Source of the DNA: Deltaproteobacteria bacterium
GTDB lineage: Bacteria; Myxococcota; UBA727; JABDBI01
Assembly (NCBI GenBank): GCA_016432245.1
Contig: CP066680.1
Location: 36,110-100,109, forward strand
Length of the DNA: 64,000 bases
Direction of reading: 5' to 3'
In this document: positions 50,221 through 60,070 of the stretch, in pieces
How the letters are laid out: the number at the start of each line of letters is the position of its first letter
How positions within the stretch are numbered: the first letter of the stretch is position 1
Made by a program: the position numbers and the translations under genes
Notes under the pieces: generated by a model
Seen by the model: only the letters and a program-made list of their open reading frames with translations
What the model was told of the DNA's origin: nothing
Databases searched by the model: none

Positions 50221-53208
50221 ATGACAAAGGAAGAAAGTATACAATTACAAATAAATTACCCTGAACGGGAAGAAGATGTCTTGAAATTTTGGGATACAAT
50301 ATTCGCTTTTGAGCAGAGTTTAGAAATAAGAAAAGATTCGAGCGAGTATATAGTATATGATGGGCCTCCTTTCGCAACGGGATTACCACATTACGGGCAT
50401 TTTGTTTCTTCGATGACAAAAGATATAATTCCTAGATATTGGACTATGCAGGGAAAGCTTGTTAAGAGAAGATTTGGATGGGATACACATGGGGTTCCTA
50501 TTGAAATGGAAGTTGAAAAAGATTTAAACTTGAAAGGGCCATCTCAAATAAGAAAATATGGAATTACAGAATTTAACGAGGAATGTAGGAGAAAGGTTTT
50601 AAGATACGCTCAAGAGTGGGAACATAGTATAAGACGTCTTGGAAGATGGGTAGACTTTAGAAATAATTATAAAACTATGGATAAGCCATTTATGGAAACG
50701 ATTTGGTGGTTATTTCATAAGTTATGGAAAAAGGGATTGTTTTACAAGGATTTTAGGGTAATGCCATATAGTTGGAGGCTTTCAACTCCATTATCAAATT
50801 TTGAAGCAGGTTTAGATTATAGACTTGTGAAGGATTTATCAATTGTTTTAAAGTTTAAATTAAAAAACAGTAATAATACTTACTTGTTGGTATGGACAAC
50901 AACGCCATGGACAATTCCGGCAAATTTGGCAATTGCAATACGGCGTGATTTAAGGTATGTAAAGGTTAAATTAGATAATTCTTTAGATCAATATATTATA
51001 GAAAAAACTTGTTTAAACATGTTAAAAACGAGTAATTTTAGTATTGTAGAAACATTTTTAGGTCAAGAAATAGAAGGAGCACATTATGAACCTATATTTG
51101 ATTATTATAAGGGGGGGGCAAATAGGGTATTTCAAGTTATCCATGGAGATCATGTTTCTACAGATATGGGGACAGGGTTAGTTCATTTAGCACCAGCATA
51201 TGGGCAGGATGATTTTATTGCATGCAAGAAATCAGGTATTCCATTTTGGGGGAATCATTTGGTTGATGAAGAGGGAAATTTATTGCCTTTAAATTTAAAT
51301 ATAAAATTAGCAGAGCCTTTTTTAATTAATGAGTTTATAGAAAAAGGATGTTTATACTCTAAAGATAAGATTGAACATAGTTATCCATATTGTTGGAGGA
51401 GTGGGACGCCATTAATTTATAGAGCAATCCCGTCTTGGTTTTTAAAAGTAGATAATTTAAAGGATTCTTTAATAGAAAATAATAAGAGAATATTGTGGGT
51501 GCCTGAAGACGTTGGACGAAAAAGATTTGGCAATTGGCTTGAAAATGCGCAAGATTGGTGCGTGTCTAGGAATAGGTTTTGGGGTACCCCCATTCCTCTT
51601 TGGGAATGTAAAACTTGTCAACATATAAAATGTATTCAGTCGATAAGTCAATTGGAGGCTCTCGCTTCAAGAAATATAGAAGACTTGCATCCTCATTTTG
51701 TAGATTTAATATGTTTTTCTTGCGAAAAGTGTTTAGGGACGATGTATAGAATACCAGAGGTTTTAGATTGTTGGTTTGAATCAGGTGCAATGCCTTATGC
51801 ACAATCCCATTATCCATTTGAAAATTCTCATGTTTTTAAGTATAAATTTCCAGCAGATTTTATATCAGAAGGATTAGATCAAACCAGAGCATGGTTTTAT
51901 ACTCTTTTAATTTTATCTACAGCAGTTTTAAATGAAATTCCTTTTCGAAACGTTGTTGTTAGCGGGTTGGTTTTGGATAAAAATGGTAATAAGATGAGTA
52001 AATCTAGAAAAAATTACCCAGATCCCTTATTGATTATAAAAGAATATGGAGCAGACGCATTGCGTGCTTATTTTTTAAATTCTTCTATTTTAAATAGTGA
52101 GCCTTTAAAATTTGATGAAAAGGGAGTAAAAGATATGAAGAGATTAATCATTTTACCAATATGTAATTCTTTATCTTTTTTTATTCAATATATTAAAATA
52201 GATCAATGTCTTATTTTACAGAATAATCACTTATCATATTTGGATAAGTGGATTTTATCCAAAATGCAAAATTTGATCCTAGAAATAAATATAAAGATGA
52301 AGCGATATGAACTATATAAAGTGGTTTCAATTTTAATTTGTTTTATTGATGATCTAACGAATTGGTATATCAGAAGAAACAGGCGAAGATTTTGGAGAGA
52401 AGCTTTAAATTTAGCAGATAAGTTAGATAAAGAGGCAGCATATTTTACTTTATATAGCGTACTTAAGTCATTAAGTAAATTAATTGCGCCTTTTTTTCCA
52501 TTTCTTTCAGAAATCTTATATCAAGGTTTGATTGATGTTTATAAGGAGCCTCAGGATAAAAAGAGTGTACATTTTTGCGATTATCCTACTTTTAACTCAA
52601 TATTAGTAGAAGAAAAACTTGAGACTGAAATAGAAATTATTCGAAAAGCTGTAAACGTAGTTAGAATATTAAGAGAAAGAGCAAAAGTTAAAGTAAAGCA
52701 GCCATTAGGGGTTTTATGGATAATTACAAAGAATGAGCAATTTATAAATTGTTTTTGTAATCATGTAAGTATTTTAGAGCAAGAATTAAATATAAAACAA
52801 ATAATAATACAAAAAGAATTTCAACAGGATATAACAAATAATATAGGTGAAAGTTTTGACGTAAAAGATAGCAATTTAAATGTTTTTTGGATGACCCAAG
52901 AAGGTATAGATTATGGCTTGCTTACTAATTTAACGCCAAGCTTAATAGAGGAAGGGTTAGTAAGGGAAACTTTAAGTGTGCTGCAAAAATTAAGAAAAAA
53001 TATGAAATTAGAAGTGTCAGATAGAATTATGTTAAAGATTGGTATTGAGTCAGAATTTCTTATGAATACTTTAAAATCCAATGAAAAGTTGCTTAAAGAC
53101 GAATTGCTAGCAGTTAAAATTTTATGGGATACTAAGAGTATTGTTGTAGGGCAAGACATTAAAATAGGTTGTTTTTTTATAAGGGCCATAATAAATAAGC
53201 TAGATTGA
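50221..53208 (+). CDS. ileS: isoleucyl-tRNA synthetase, type 2 (eukaryote-like)
   Basis: [17 protein letters not shown] (HIGH region in the eukaryote-like form) and [12 protein letters not shown]. 995 aa, with no C-terminal zinc-finger extension of the type 1 enzyme. Confidence 0.95.
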   Translation: MTKEESIQLQINYPEREEDVLKFWDTIFAFEQSLEIRKDSSEYIVYDGPPFATGLPHYGHFVSSMTKDIIPRYWTMQGKLVKRRFGWDTHGVPIEMEVEKDLNLKGPSQIRKYGITEFNEECRRKVLRYAQEWEHSIRRLGRWVDFRNNYKTMDKPFMETIWWLFHKLWKKGLFYKDFRVMPYSWRLSTPLSNFEAGLDYRLVKDLSIVLKFKLKNSNNTYLLVWTTTPWTIPANLAIAIRRDLRYVKVKLDNSLDQYIIEKTCLNMLKTSNFSIVETFLGQEIEGAHYEPIFDYYKGGANRVFQVIHGDHVSTDMGTGLVHLAPAYGQDDFIACKKSGIPFWGNHLVDEEGNLLPLNLNIKLAEPFLINEFIEKGCLYSKDKIEHSYPYCWRSGTPLIYRAIPSWFLKVDNLKDSLIENNKRILWVPEDVGRKRFGNWLENAQDWCVSRNRFWGTPIPLWECKTCQHIKCIQSISQLEALASRNIEDLHPHFVDLICFSCEKCLGTMYRIPEVLDCWFESGAMPYAQSHYPFENSHVFKYKFPADFISEGLDQTRAWFYTLLILSTAVLNEIPFRNVVVSGLVLDKNGNKMSKSRKNYPDPLLIIKEYGADALRAYFLNSSILNSEPLKFDEKGVKDMKRLIILPICNSLSFFIQYIKIDQCLILQNNHLSYLDKWILSKMQNLILEINIKMKRYELYKVVSILICFIDDLTNWYIRRNRRRFWREALNLADKLDKEAAYFTLYSVLKSLSKLIAPFFPFLSEILYQGLIDVYKEPQDKKSVHFCDYPTFNSILVEEKLETEIEIIRKAVNVVRILRERAKVKVKQPLGVLWIITKNEQFINCFCNHVSILEQELNIKQIIIQKEFQQDITNNIGESFDVKDSNLNVFWMTQEGIDYGLLTNLTPSLIEEGLVRETLSVLQKLRKNMKLEVSDRIMLKIGIESEFLMNTLKSNEKLLKDELLAVKILWDTKSIVVGQDIKIGCFFIRAIINKLD

Positions 53209-53219
53209 GAGAGCTATAT

Positions 53220-54269
53220 ATGAAAAGTAAAAAGGATTATTATGATATATTAGGTGTTTCAAGAGATGCGTCTGCAGACGTGATTAAAATGAAATATCGG
53301 AAATTGGCGCATATGTATCACCCAGATAAAAATTTCGAGAATAAAGCATCAGAAGAATTGTTTAAGGAGGCCACAGAGGCTTATTCGGTACTTTCAGATG
53401 AGAAAAAAAGAAAGGCTTACGATCAATTTGGGCATGAATATAATATAGTTTCAAATTCATCAGTAGACATATTTGATGATTTTTTAGGGAATATAGTAGA
53501 GGAATTATTTGGAACAAGAAAATCATCACCATCATCAGCAAAAGAAAAGGCTAAAACAGGGGCTGATTTAAAGTATAAAATATTGATTACATTAGAGGAG
53601 TCTATACTTGGTTGTGAGCGCAGTATAAAATTTCGCAGACAGGAAAATTGTGAGGTTTGTCATGGGAACGGTCTGAAAGAAGGTGCGGTGTTAACTATAT
53701 GTAAGAAATGTTCAGGGTCTGGCTATTTAAGGAGAAATCATGGTCTATTTGCTATGACTGAACCTTGTGTTTATTGTGAAGGAACAGGAAACAATAAAAG
53801 TGATTTATGTTTGAATTGTAGAGGAAGCGGAAAGGAATTAAAAGATGTTGAATTAAAGGTAATTATACCAAAGGGGGTTGGACAGAATGATTCTATTAGA
53901 ATGGCGTCGGAAGGAGATATTGGCATAGGAGACGGGAAAAGAGGAGATTTATATATTTATCTTTTATTTTTAGATCATCCAGTCTTTAAAAGAAAAAATA
54001 ATGATATATATTATGATCTATCGTTATCATTTGTTCAAGCGAGTTTAGGCGATGTAATTTTGGTGCCGACTTTAGATGGAAATGAATTTGTTCATATCCA
54101 AGCGGGTATACAGCCAGGCTCATTAATAAAACTTGCAAAAAAAGGCTTGTTTGTATCATTAAATTCGCGGACAAGAGGAGATCAATATATTCGTGTCTCA
54201 ATTACTGTACCACAAAAGCTGACTGCTGATCAGATAAAAGCGCTTAAATATTTTGCTGAATTGAGCTAA
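53220..54269 (+). CDS. dnaJ: molecular chaperone DnaJ
   Basis: J domain [13 protein letters not shown]...YHPDKN. Four CxxCxGxG zinc motifs: [24 protein letters not shown] and CLNCRGSG. Start at ATG 53220; the track uses an overlapping TTG at 53205. Confidence 0.93.
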   Translation: MKSKKDYYDILGVSRDASADVIKMKYRKLAHMYHPDKNFENKASEELFKEATEAYSVLSDEKKRKAYDQFGHEYNIVSNSSVDIFDDFLGNIVEELFGTRKSSPSSAKEKAKTGADLKYKILITLEESILGCERSIKFRRQENCEVCHGNGLKEGAVLTICKKCSGSGYLRRNHGLFAMTEPCVYCEGTGNNKSDLCLNCRGSGKELKDVELKVIIPKGVGQNDSIRMASEGDIGIGDGKRGDLYIYLLFLDHPVFKRKNNDIYYDLSLSFVQASLGDVILVPTLDGNEFVHIQAGIQPGSLIKLAKKGLFVSLNSRTRGDQYIRVSITVPQKLTADQIKALKYFAELS

Positions 54270-54604
54270 GTGTGAGAGTCAGTTTTTATAGATATTTCTT
54301 CTCCAGTGGAAATTCTTTTAATCAGAATAGATGATTTAGTTATATTTTTGATTCTAGCAAATTTTTTTTTAGAAGACTCGTAGATAATATCATTTATTGA
54401 GCATTGATTTTTATCGGGAAATCCGTTTATTTTTGCTAGTTTTATTTTTTGCAGTGCTCTTTCTAGCATTTCTCGACGAAAAGCAATTTCTTCATTCTGA
54501 TTTGCAATAAGATCTTCATCATTTGCAAAGGATTCGTCTAAGAACGAGTCAGAAGAGATATAAATGTTGTCAATTTCTTCTAGTTGTTTGTTATTAAAAG
54601 TCAT
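54266..54604 (-). CDS. hypothetical protein (acidic N-terminus, basic beta-rich C-terminus)
   Basis: 112-aa ORF filling the gap. I recognise no family. Confidence 0.45.
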   Translation of the reverse strand: MTFNNKQLEEIDNIYISSDSFLDESFANDEDLIANQNEEIAFRREMLERALQKIKLAKINGFPDKNQCSINDIIYESSKKKFARIKNITKSSILIKRISTGEEISIKTDSHT

Positions 54605-54660
54605 AAATTTCCTATTTTAATTATTTACTCGCAAAAAATTTTCGTGTAAATATAAATTAT

Positions 54661-55098
54661 ATGAATATTAAAAAATATTTATGTGGAATGGTATGGAGCG
54701 CAGGGATTATAGTTTGTTTATTTGGATGGAATTCTGTTATGATGATGAGAGATGCGGATGGATTGAATTGTTTAACAGATGCAATTAATTATGTGAATAA
54801 AACAGGTAATTCAAATTTAGAAGATTATGAAAAATCAAGAGAATTAATGTGCTTGACTTTTTACAGATATCCTAAAATACATATTATTATAGGATATAAT
54901 ATATTGTATTTTGTAGGAGTGGCTTCTCAAATGGAGGAATTTAGAAGGATTATAGTGATATTACATAAATCGTTTATGCACTTTCCTTTGATAATAAAGC
55001 CACTTTTTTTACATGCATTACAGAATACGTATTATGCGTTTTCTTTAAAAACTCAAATCAGACAGTTAAATTATGAATTTTCAAATATAAATTTTTAG
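54661..55098 (+). CDS. hypothetical protein with an N-terminal hydrophobic segment
   Basis: 145-aa ORF. LCGMVWSAGIIVCLFGW is a possible signal peptide or anchor. I recognise no family. Confidence 0.4.
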   Translation: MNIKKYLCGMVWSAGIIVCLFGWNSVMMMRDADGLNCLTDAINYVNKTGNSNLEDYEKSRELMCLTFYRYPKIHIIIGYNILYFVGVASQMEEFRRIIVILHKSFMHFPLIIKPLFLHALQNTYYAFSLKTQIRQLNYEFSNINF

Positions 55099-55103
55099 AA
55101 AGT

Positions 55104-55430
55104 TTATAAAAATTTTGAAATAAAGTTTTCAATTTCCTTTAAGGAATGTTGTCCAATTAATTGTTCTTTAACGATTTCATTTTTAAGAAAAATTAATGTA
55201 GGAATTGATCGAATATTAAATTGAAGGGCTAAGTCATGGTTGTTTTCAATATTAATTTTACCAATAACAATATTTGGATATTTTTTGCATATTTCATCTA
55301 AAATAGGAAACATTAGCTTGCACGGTACACACCAATCAGCCCAAAAGTCGAGCAGAACTAAATTTGGAGTTTGAGAGATAATTTTTTTGAAATTATCTTC
55401 GTTTATTTCAATTATATTATTTTGTGACAT
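55104..55430 (-). CDS. trxA: thioredoxin
   Basis: FWADWCVPCK active site, 108 aa. Confidence 0.92.
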   Translation of the reverse strand: MSQNNIIEINEDNFKKIISQTPNLVLLDFWADWCVPCKLMFPILDEICKKYPNIVIGKINIENNHDLALQFNIRSIPTLIFLKNEIVKEQLIGQHSLKEIENFISKFL

Positions 55431-55530
55431 ATCTTGATTCTTTAAAAAAAATTTTATATTATTTTTATTAAATTGTAAAGAGGAACTGATCGCATTTAAT
55501 GAAATAAGTGAGTGAATTATTTAAACATAT

Positions 55531-56241
55531 ATGTACATTGAGTTTTTGATAAATTTTATAACTTTAATCTTTTTAGAAATTATTTTAGGAATTGATAATA
55601 TTCTATTTTTAAGTCTTGTATCTGAACAATTACCAGTAGAGCTTAGGGATAAAGCAAGAAAAGTTGGCCTTTTGCTCGCAATGGTAGGAAGGATATCTTT
55701 ATTATGTTTTCTGACCAAGGTTATGACCATGGATGTTGTATTAGTGACTATTGGAAGGCAAAAAATTTTTTGGAAAGATTCCATATTAATGATTGGAGGT
55801 TTTTTTTTAATCTATAAAGGAATAGGCGAGTTATTACAGATGATAAAGCTAGAGGAAAAAAAGCCCTTTGCACAGTCATCTTTTAAAGTGGTTTTACTTC
55901 AAATTTTAATGTTAGATATTGTTTTCTCTTTAGATTCTATCGTTACAGCAATTGGCTTAAGAGCTGGGATTATTAGTACAGTTATTGCTATAATTTTATC
56001 TGTTATAATTATGATTATATTATCTAAGAATTTTATTCTATTTTTAAATAAGTATCCTTCGATGAGAGTGATAGCCTTGTGTTTTTTAACGTTAATTGGC
56101 TGCTTATTGGTTTGTGATTCCATGCATATTAATCTATCGCGAACTAATGTTTATTTTGCTTTATGGTTTTCATTTGTAGTTGAAATATTTAATATTAAGA
56201 TTTTAGGTTCGAGACAGACGGCCATATCTGCGACGCCTTGA
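55531..56241 (+). CDS. TerC-family integral membrane protein
   Basis: LEIILGIDNILFLSLV and LDIVFSLDSIVTAIGL repeats typical of TerC/Alx-type transporters. About 7 TM segments. Confidence 0.8.
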   Translation: MYIEFLINFITLIFLEIILGIDNILFLSLVSEQLPVELRDKARKVGLLLAMVGRISLLCFLTKVMTMDVVLVTIGRQKIFWKDSILMIGGFFLIYKGIGELLQMIKLEEKKPFAQSSFKVVLLQILMLDIVFSLDSIVTAIGLRAGIISTVIAIILSVIIMIILSKNFILFLNKYPSMRVIALCFLTLIGCLLVCDSMHINLSRTNVYFALWFSFVVEIFNIKILGSRQTAISATP

Positions 56242-56913
56242 TTGATAATTACTAATTGCTAGATTTAATGTGTCACGTTTAAAATCTGGCCACAAAGTAG
56301 AAGTGGTATATAATTCAGCATAGGCCAGTTGCCATAGTAGAAAATTTGATAATCTTTTTTCTCCGCTTGAGCGGATTAGTAAATCTGGAGCTGGAGTTTT
56401 ATGGGTATATAAAAATTTCTCAATTAATGAATTTGATATCATAGTTATAGCATATGTTTTTGCTCTTATTTTACTAAGGATTAATTTAAATGCATTTATA
56501 ATTTCTTCATGAGATCCGTAAGATAAAGCTATCGTTATTTTTATTTTTCTGTTGAGAGCTGTTTTTATACAGAGTTTAGAGATTTCTCGTTGTAAATTAA
56601 TGGAGAATTTTTCAATAGATCCAATGCTTAAAAAACATGCTTTTTTTTTGAAAAGGATAACCGATAAATGAATAATATATTGTTCTATCAATTTTAAGAG
56701 GCACTTAACTTCTCCGAAAGGTCTTTTCCAATTTTCGCTTGACAAGGCAAATAATGTAATGTTTCTTATGTTTAATTTTATGCCATAAGATACCATATCT
56801 AATGCTATTTCAAGACCACATCGATAACTATCTAAAGTAGAATATTTATATTTTTTAGCCCATCTACAATTTCCATCCATAATGAATGCAATATGATCAG
56901 GGTATATTTTCAT
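56203..56913 (-). CDS. uppS: undecaprenyl diphosphate synthase
   Basis: HIAFIMDGNCRWAKK, LFALSSENWKRP and RLSNFLLWQLAYAELY. The 3' end overlaps the terC-family gene end by 39 nt. Confidence 0.92.
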   Translation of the reverse strand: MKIYPDHIAFIMDGNCRWAKKYKYSTLDSYRCGLEIALDMVSYGIKLNIRNITLFALSSENWKRPFGEVKCLLKLIEQYIIHLSVILFKKKACFLSIGSIEKFSINLQREISKLCIKTALNRKIKITIALSYGSHEEIINAFKLILSKIRAKTYAITMISNSLIEKFLYTHKTPAPDLLIRSSGEKRLSNFLLWQLAYAELYTTSTLWPDFKRDTLNLAISNYQSRRRRYGRLSRT

Positions 56914-56924
56914 GGAAATTTTTA

Positions 56925-57542
56925 TTATTTTCCAGAGTAATATTCAATAACTAATTGTTCATTTAATACAAGTGGAATATCATTGCGATTAGGATCGGAA
57001 ATAATTTTTATGTTTAATGACTCTTCGTTTAATGAAATATACTGAGGTAAAGAGAGCTTGTTGTGCTTAAGATTTTCATTTATTAAGGAAGCGATTGAAG
57101 ATTGGGGTCTAATAGAAATAGAGTCATTGATATTAGTTTTGTAAGAGGGGAAATTAACACGATCATTATTTATTAGAAAATGGTTATGGCGGATCATTTG
57201 CCTCGCAGAAGCGATAGATCTAGCAAAGCCTGAGCGAAAAACAACATTATCGAATCGTGATTCTAAATTTAGCAACAGTAATAAACCAGGATTAGTTTTT
57301 GATGAAAAAGCTTTGTTTACGTATTTGTTTAATTGATTTTCAGACAATCCATAATGATATCTTAATTTTTGTTTTTCTTTTAACCGAAAGAAGTATTCGG
57401 AGTTTTTTTTTCTTTTATTTTTTCGATTGTAGTGACCAGGGGCATATGGTCTTTTTAGTGTTTCAGGTGTTTGCATTAAGCCAGGAATAGGACAACCTAA
57501 TCGGCGAATAATTCTCAATCGAGGACCGCGGTATCGACCCAT
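56925..57542 (-). CDS. rpsD: 30S ribosomal protein S4 (located away from the rpsM-rpsK-rpoA cluster)
   Basis: MGRYRGPRLRIIRRLG, plus an S4 RNA-binding domain. Confidence 0.94.
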   Translation of the reverse strand: MGRYRGPRLRIIRRLGCPIPGLMQTPETLKRPYAPGHYNRKNKRKKNSEYFFRLKEKQKLRYHYGLSENQLNKYVNKAFSSKTNPGLLLLLNLESRFDNVVFRSGFARSIASARQMIRHNHFLINNDRVNFPSYKTNINDSISIRPQSSIASLINENLKHNKLSLPQYISLNEESLNIKIISDPNRNDIPLVLNEQLVIEYYSGK

Positions 57543-57610
57543 GTGTAATTTCTCCTTAATAGATATAAAAAAAGGCGTACGTTTAATATACTAATAAAAG
57601 AGAAAAAAAG

Positions 57611-59143
57611 TCAAGATGAGTTTGGTGTATTAAGGTTTTTCATTTTTGGAAAGAAGATAACATCTTTAATTGATGGTGAATTTGTTAAAATCATTACTAA
57701 GCGATCTATTCCAATGCCTTCACCTGCAGTAGGTGGCATGCCAATTTCTAAGCTTGTTAGAAAGTCTTTATCAATTGTATTACATTCTTGAATGGATAAA
57801 TTATTTTTTTCTTGAGAGGTAAACCTGTTTTTTTGTTCTATTGGATTATTTAATTCAGAAAATGCATTTGCAATTTCCATTCCAGCACAATAAAATTCAA
57901 ATCGATCGGCTAAAGAGAAGTCTTCATTGTTTTTTTTTGATAAAGGGCTAACTTTTAATGGAAATTTTAGTAAAAAAGTTGGCTGTATTAATGATTTCTC
58001 AATTTTATGTTCAAAGATAGTATATAAAATATGTGAAAATAAATTTCGAGCTTCAATTCTGTCATAAATATGAGGATATTGAGAAATTACCTCATTTAGA
58101 GTAATCCTATCGATTTCACATTGTTTTGCAAGATTTATTGCGACAGAAACATCAGAACAACTTTCTAGATCATTTGTAGATTGTTCAGAGAGGTTCATAT
58201 GGGATCCTATTAATTGACAAATACTAGCTCGTTTAAATGGCTTTGAAAAATCGATGAGATTGGTTAAATACTTGATTGTGTTATTGTTATGGGTTAAGCT
58301 TAATACATATTTTAAAAGATTTTCAGTTAAATCCATAAGTTCAAGGTATGAGGTATTAGTTTGATAAAATTCTATACTCGTAAATTCAGGATTATGTGAA
58401 CTGCTAAGTCCTTCATTTCTAAAAATTTTACCGATTTCATATATTTTATTAAATCCGCTAACTATTATTTTTTTTAGGTTTATTTCAGTCGCAATTCTTA
58501 GGGCTAGATGCTCATTTAATGTGTTGTGAAAAGTTGTGAATGGCTTTGCAATTGCACCGCCAGCAGTGTCATTTAAGATAGGAGTTTCTACTTCAAGATA
58601 TCCTAATTTATCGAAAAAAGAACGAATACAGGAAATCGTTTTAGAGCGAATTTGAAATATATACCTACCATCTTTGTTTGCGATTAGGTCTAGATATCTT
58701 TGTCTATATCGTTGCTCGATATCTACAAGGCCGTGCCATTTTTCTGGAATAGGACATAATGATTTTGTCGATATTTTCCAATCAATAACTTTTAAAGTTT
58801 TTTCTTTTGATTTTGTTAGGAAATAAGTTCCAGATATTGTAATAATGTCACCTAAGTCAAGTAATTTTAATAGCTCATATTTTGCTTTTAAAACATCTTT
58901 TTGTGCATATAATTGTATTTGGAGAAAAGAATCCTGTATCAAAAGGAAGCAAGACCTACCCATATTTCTTATGGAGATGATTCTTCCAGTCAAAGTATAA
59001 TGGAAGTTTTCTATTTTTTCGTAGGTATTGATAAAGTCTGATAATGAAATCGTATTCTTTATGGGGTTATAGAAAGGAGCGTGTCGTATTTTAATTAAGT
59101 GAGTTAACTTTTGCAGCCGTTCATGATAAAATCGATAATACAT
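57611..59143 (-). CDS. lysS: lysyl-tRNA synthetase, class II
   Basis: OB anticodon-binding domain followed by YLEVETPIL, IFRNEGLSSSHNPEFTSIEFYQ and GEGIGIDRLVMILT. Confidence 0.94.
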   Translation of the reverse strand: MYYRFYHERLQKLTHLIKIRHAPFYNPIKNTISLSDFINTYEKIENFHYTLTGRIISIRNMGRSCFLLIQDSFLQIQLYAQKDVLKAKYELLKLLDLGDIITISGTYFLTKSKEKTLKVIDWKISTKSLCPIPEKWHGLVDIEQRYRQRYLDLIANKDGRYIFQIRSKTISCIRSFFDKLGYLEVETPILNDTAGGAIAKPFTTFHNTLNEHLALRIATEINLKKIIVSGFNKIYEIGKIFRNEGLSSSHNPEFTSIEFYQTNTSYLELMDLTENLLKYVLSLTHNNNTIKYLTNLIDFSKPFKRASICQLIGSHMNLSEQSTNDLESCSDVSVAINLAKQCEIDRITLNEVISQYPHIYDRIEARNLFSHILYTIFEHKIEKSLIQPTFLLKFPLKVSPLSKKNNEDFSLADRFEFYCAGMEIANAFSELNNPIEQKNRFTSQEKNNLSIQECNTIDKDFLTSLEIGMPPTAGEGIGIDRLVMILTNSPSIKDVIFFPKMKNLNTPNSS

Positions 59144-59187
59144 ATATATATGCTAAGCTTATTTTTTTTAATTATCAATATTATTTT

Positions 59188-59961
59188 TTAAATTGAGGTT
59201 AAAATTTCTACGCCTGAAGTAGTTATTAGTAAGGAGTGTTCGTATTGGGCAGAAAATTCTTGATCTTTAGTTTTAAAAGTCCATTTATTTGAAAGTTGAA
59301 TTATGTTTTCTTTTCCCAAATTTATCATTGGTTCAATTGTAAAAGCCATTCCTGGTTTTAGTAATAATTTGTAATTTTTATTTGGATAGTGGTAAACAAA
59401 GGGCAGCATGTGAAAAGAGATTCCAATTCCGTGTCCTACAAAATCTTTTACAATGCTATATTTAAATCTTTCAATATAATTAGCAATAGCAGTTCCGATA
59501 TTACATATATTAACTCCTGGATTTGCTTCTAGGATTCCTAATTTTAGAGACTTTTTTGCCACATATAAGAGATGGTTATGTTTATATAATACACTTCCGA
59601 TTGAAAATGTTCTAGAGCAATCACTGTGAAAATTTCGATATTTTATTGTAATGTCAATGTTTACAATATCTCCACTTTTAAGGATTTCGCTAATGCATGG
59701 AATTCCATGGCAAACAATAGCATTTCGGCTTGAGCATAGTGATCGTGGAAAAGGAGGAGCACCTTCTATGGAATAGTTTAGTGGTGCACTAGAAGCTCCA
59801 TTGATAGAAGTCCATTTTTCAGATTCATAATTAATATCTAAAGTGGAAATAGATTCTTTTATAAAGTTATTTAGATGTAGAAGTAAAATTGCACATAGTT
59901 TACCAGCTCGTCGCATTGTTATTGTTGCACTAGGCGATAATAATGATATTGTTTGTTTCAT
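59188..59961 (-). CDS. map: methionine aminopeptidase type I
   Basis: Metal-ligand motifs VCHGIP, DIVNIDIT, FVGHGIG, TIEPMIN and QYEHSLLIT. Confidence 0.92.
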   Translation of the reverse strand: MKQTISLLSPSATITMRRAGKLCAILLLHLNNFIKESISTLDINYESEKWTSINGASSAPLNYSIEGAPPFPRSLCSSRNAIVCHGIPCISEILKSGDIVNIDITIKYRNFHSDCSRTFSIGSVLYKHNHLLYVAKKSLKLGILEANPGVNICNIGTAIANYIERFKYSIVKDFVGHGIGISFHMLPFVYHYPNKNYKLLLKPGMAFTIEPMINLGKENIIQLSNKWTFKTKDQEFSAQYEHSLLITTSGVEILTSI

Positions 59962-60070
59962 ATATCATTGAAATATAACAAAAGAGAGAAAGAAGGACAA
60001 TAGATTAACTTTTTGCGATATAAGACCAAAGAATATTGATATTTTTTTTAAATTTGGTTATACAAAATAT

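Noticed and set aside
55431-55530. Possible yybP-ykoY (Mn2+) riboswitch upstream of the TerC-family gene
   Set aside because: TerC/Alx genes often carry this riboswitch, but the 100-nt leader lacks the conserved GGGGAGUAG core and has no obvious four-way junction pairing.
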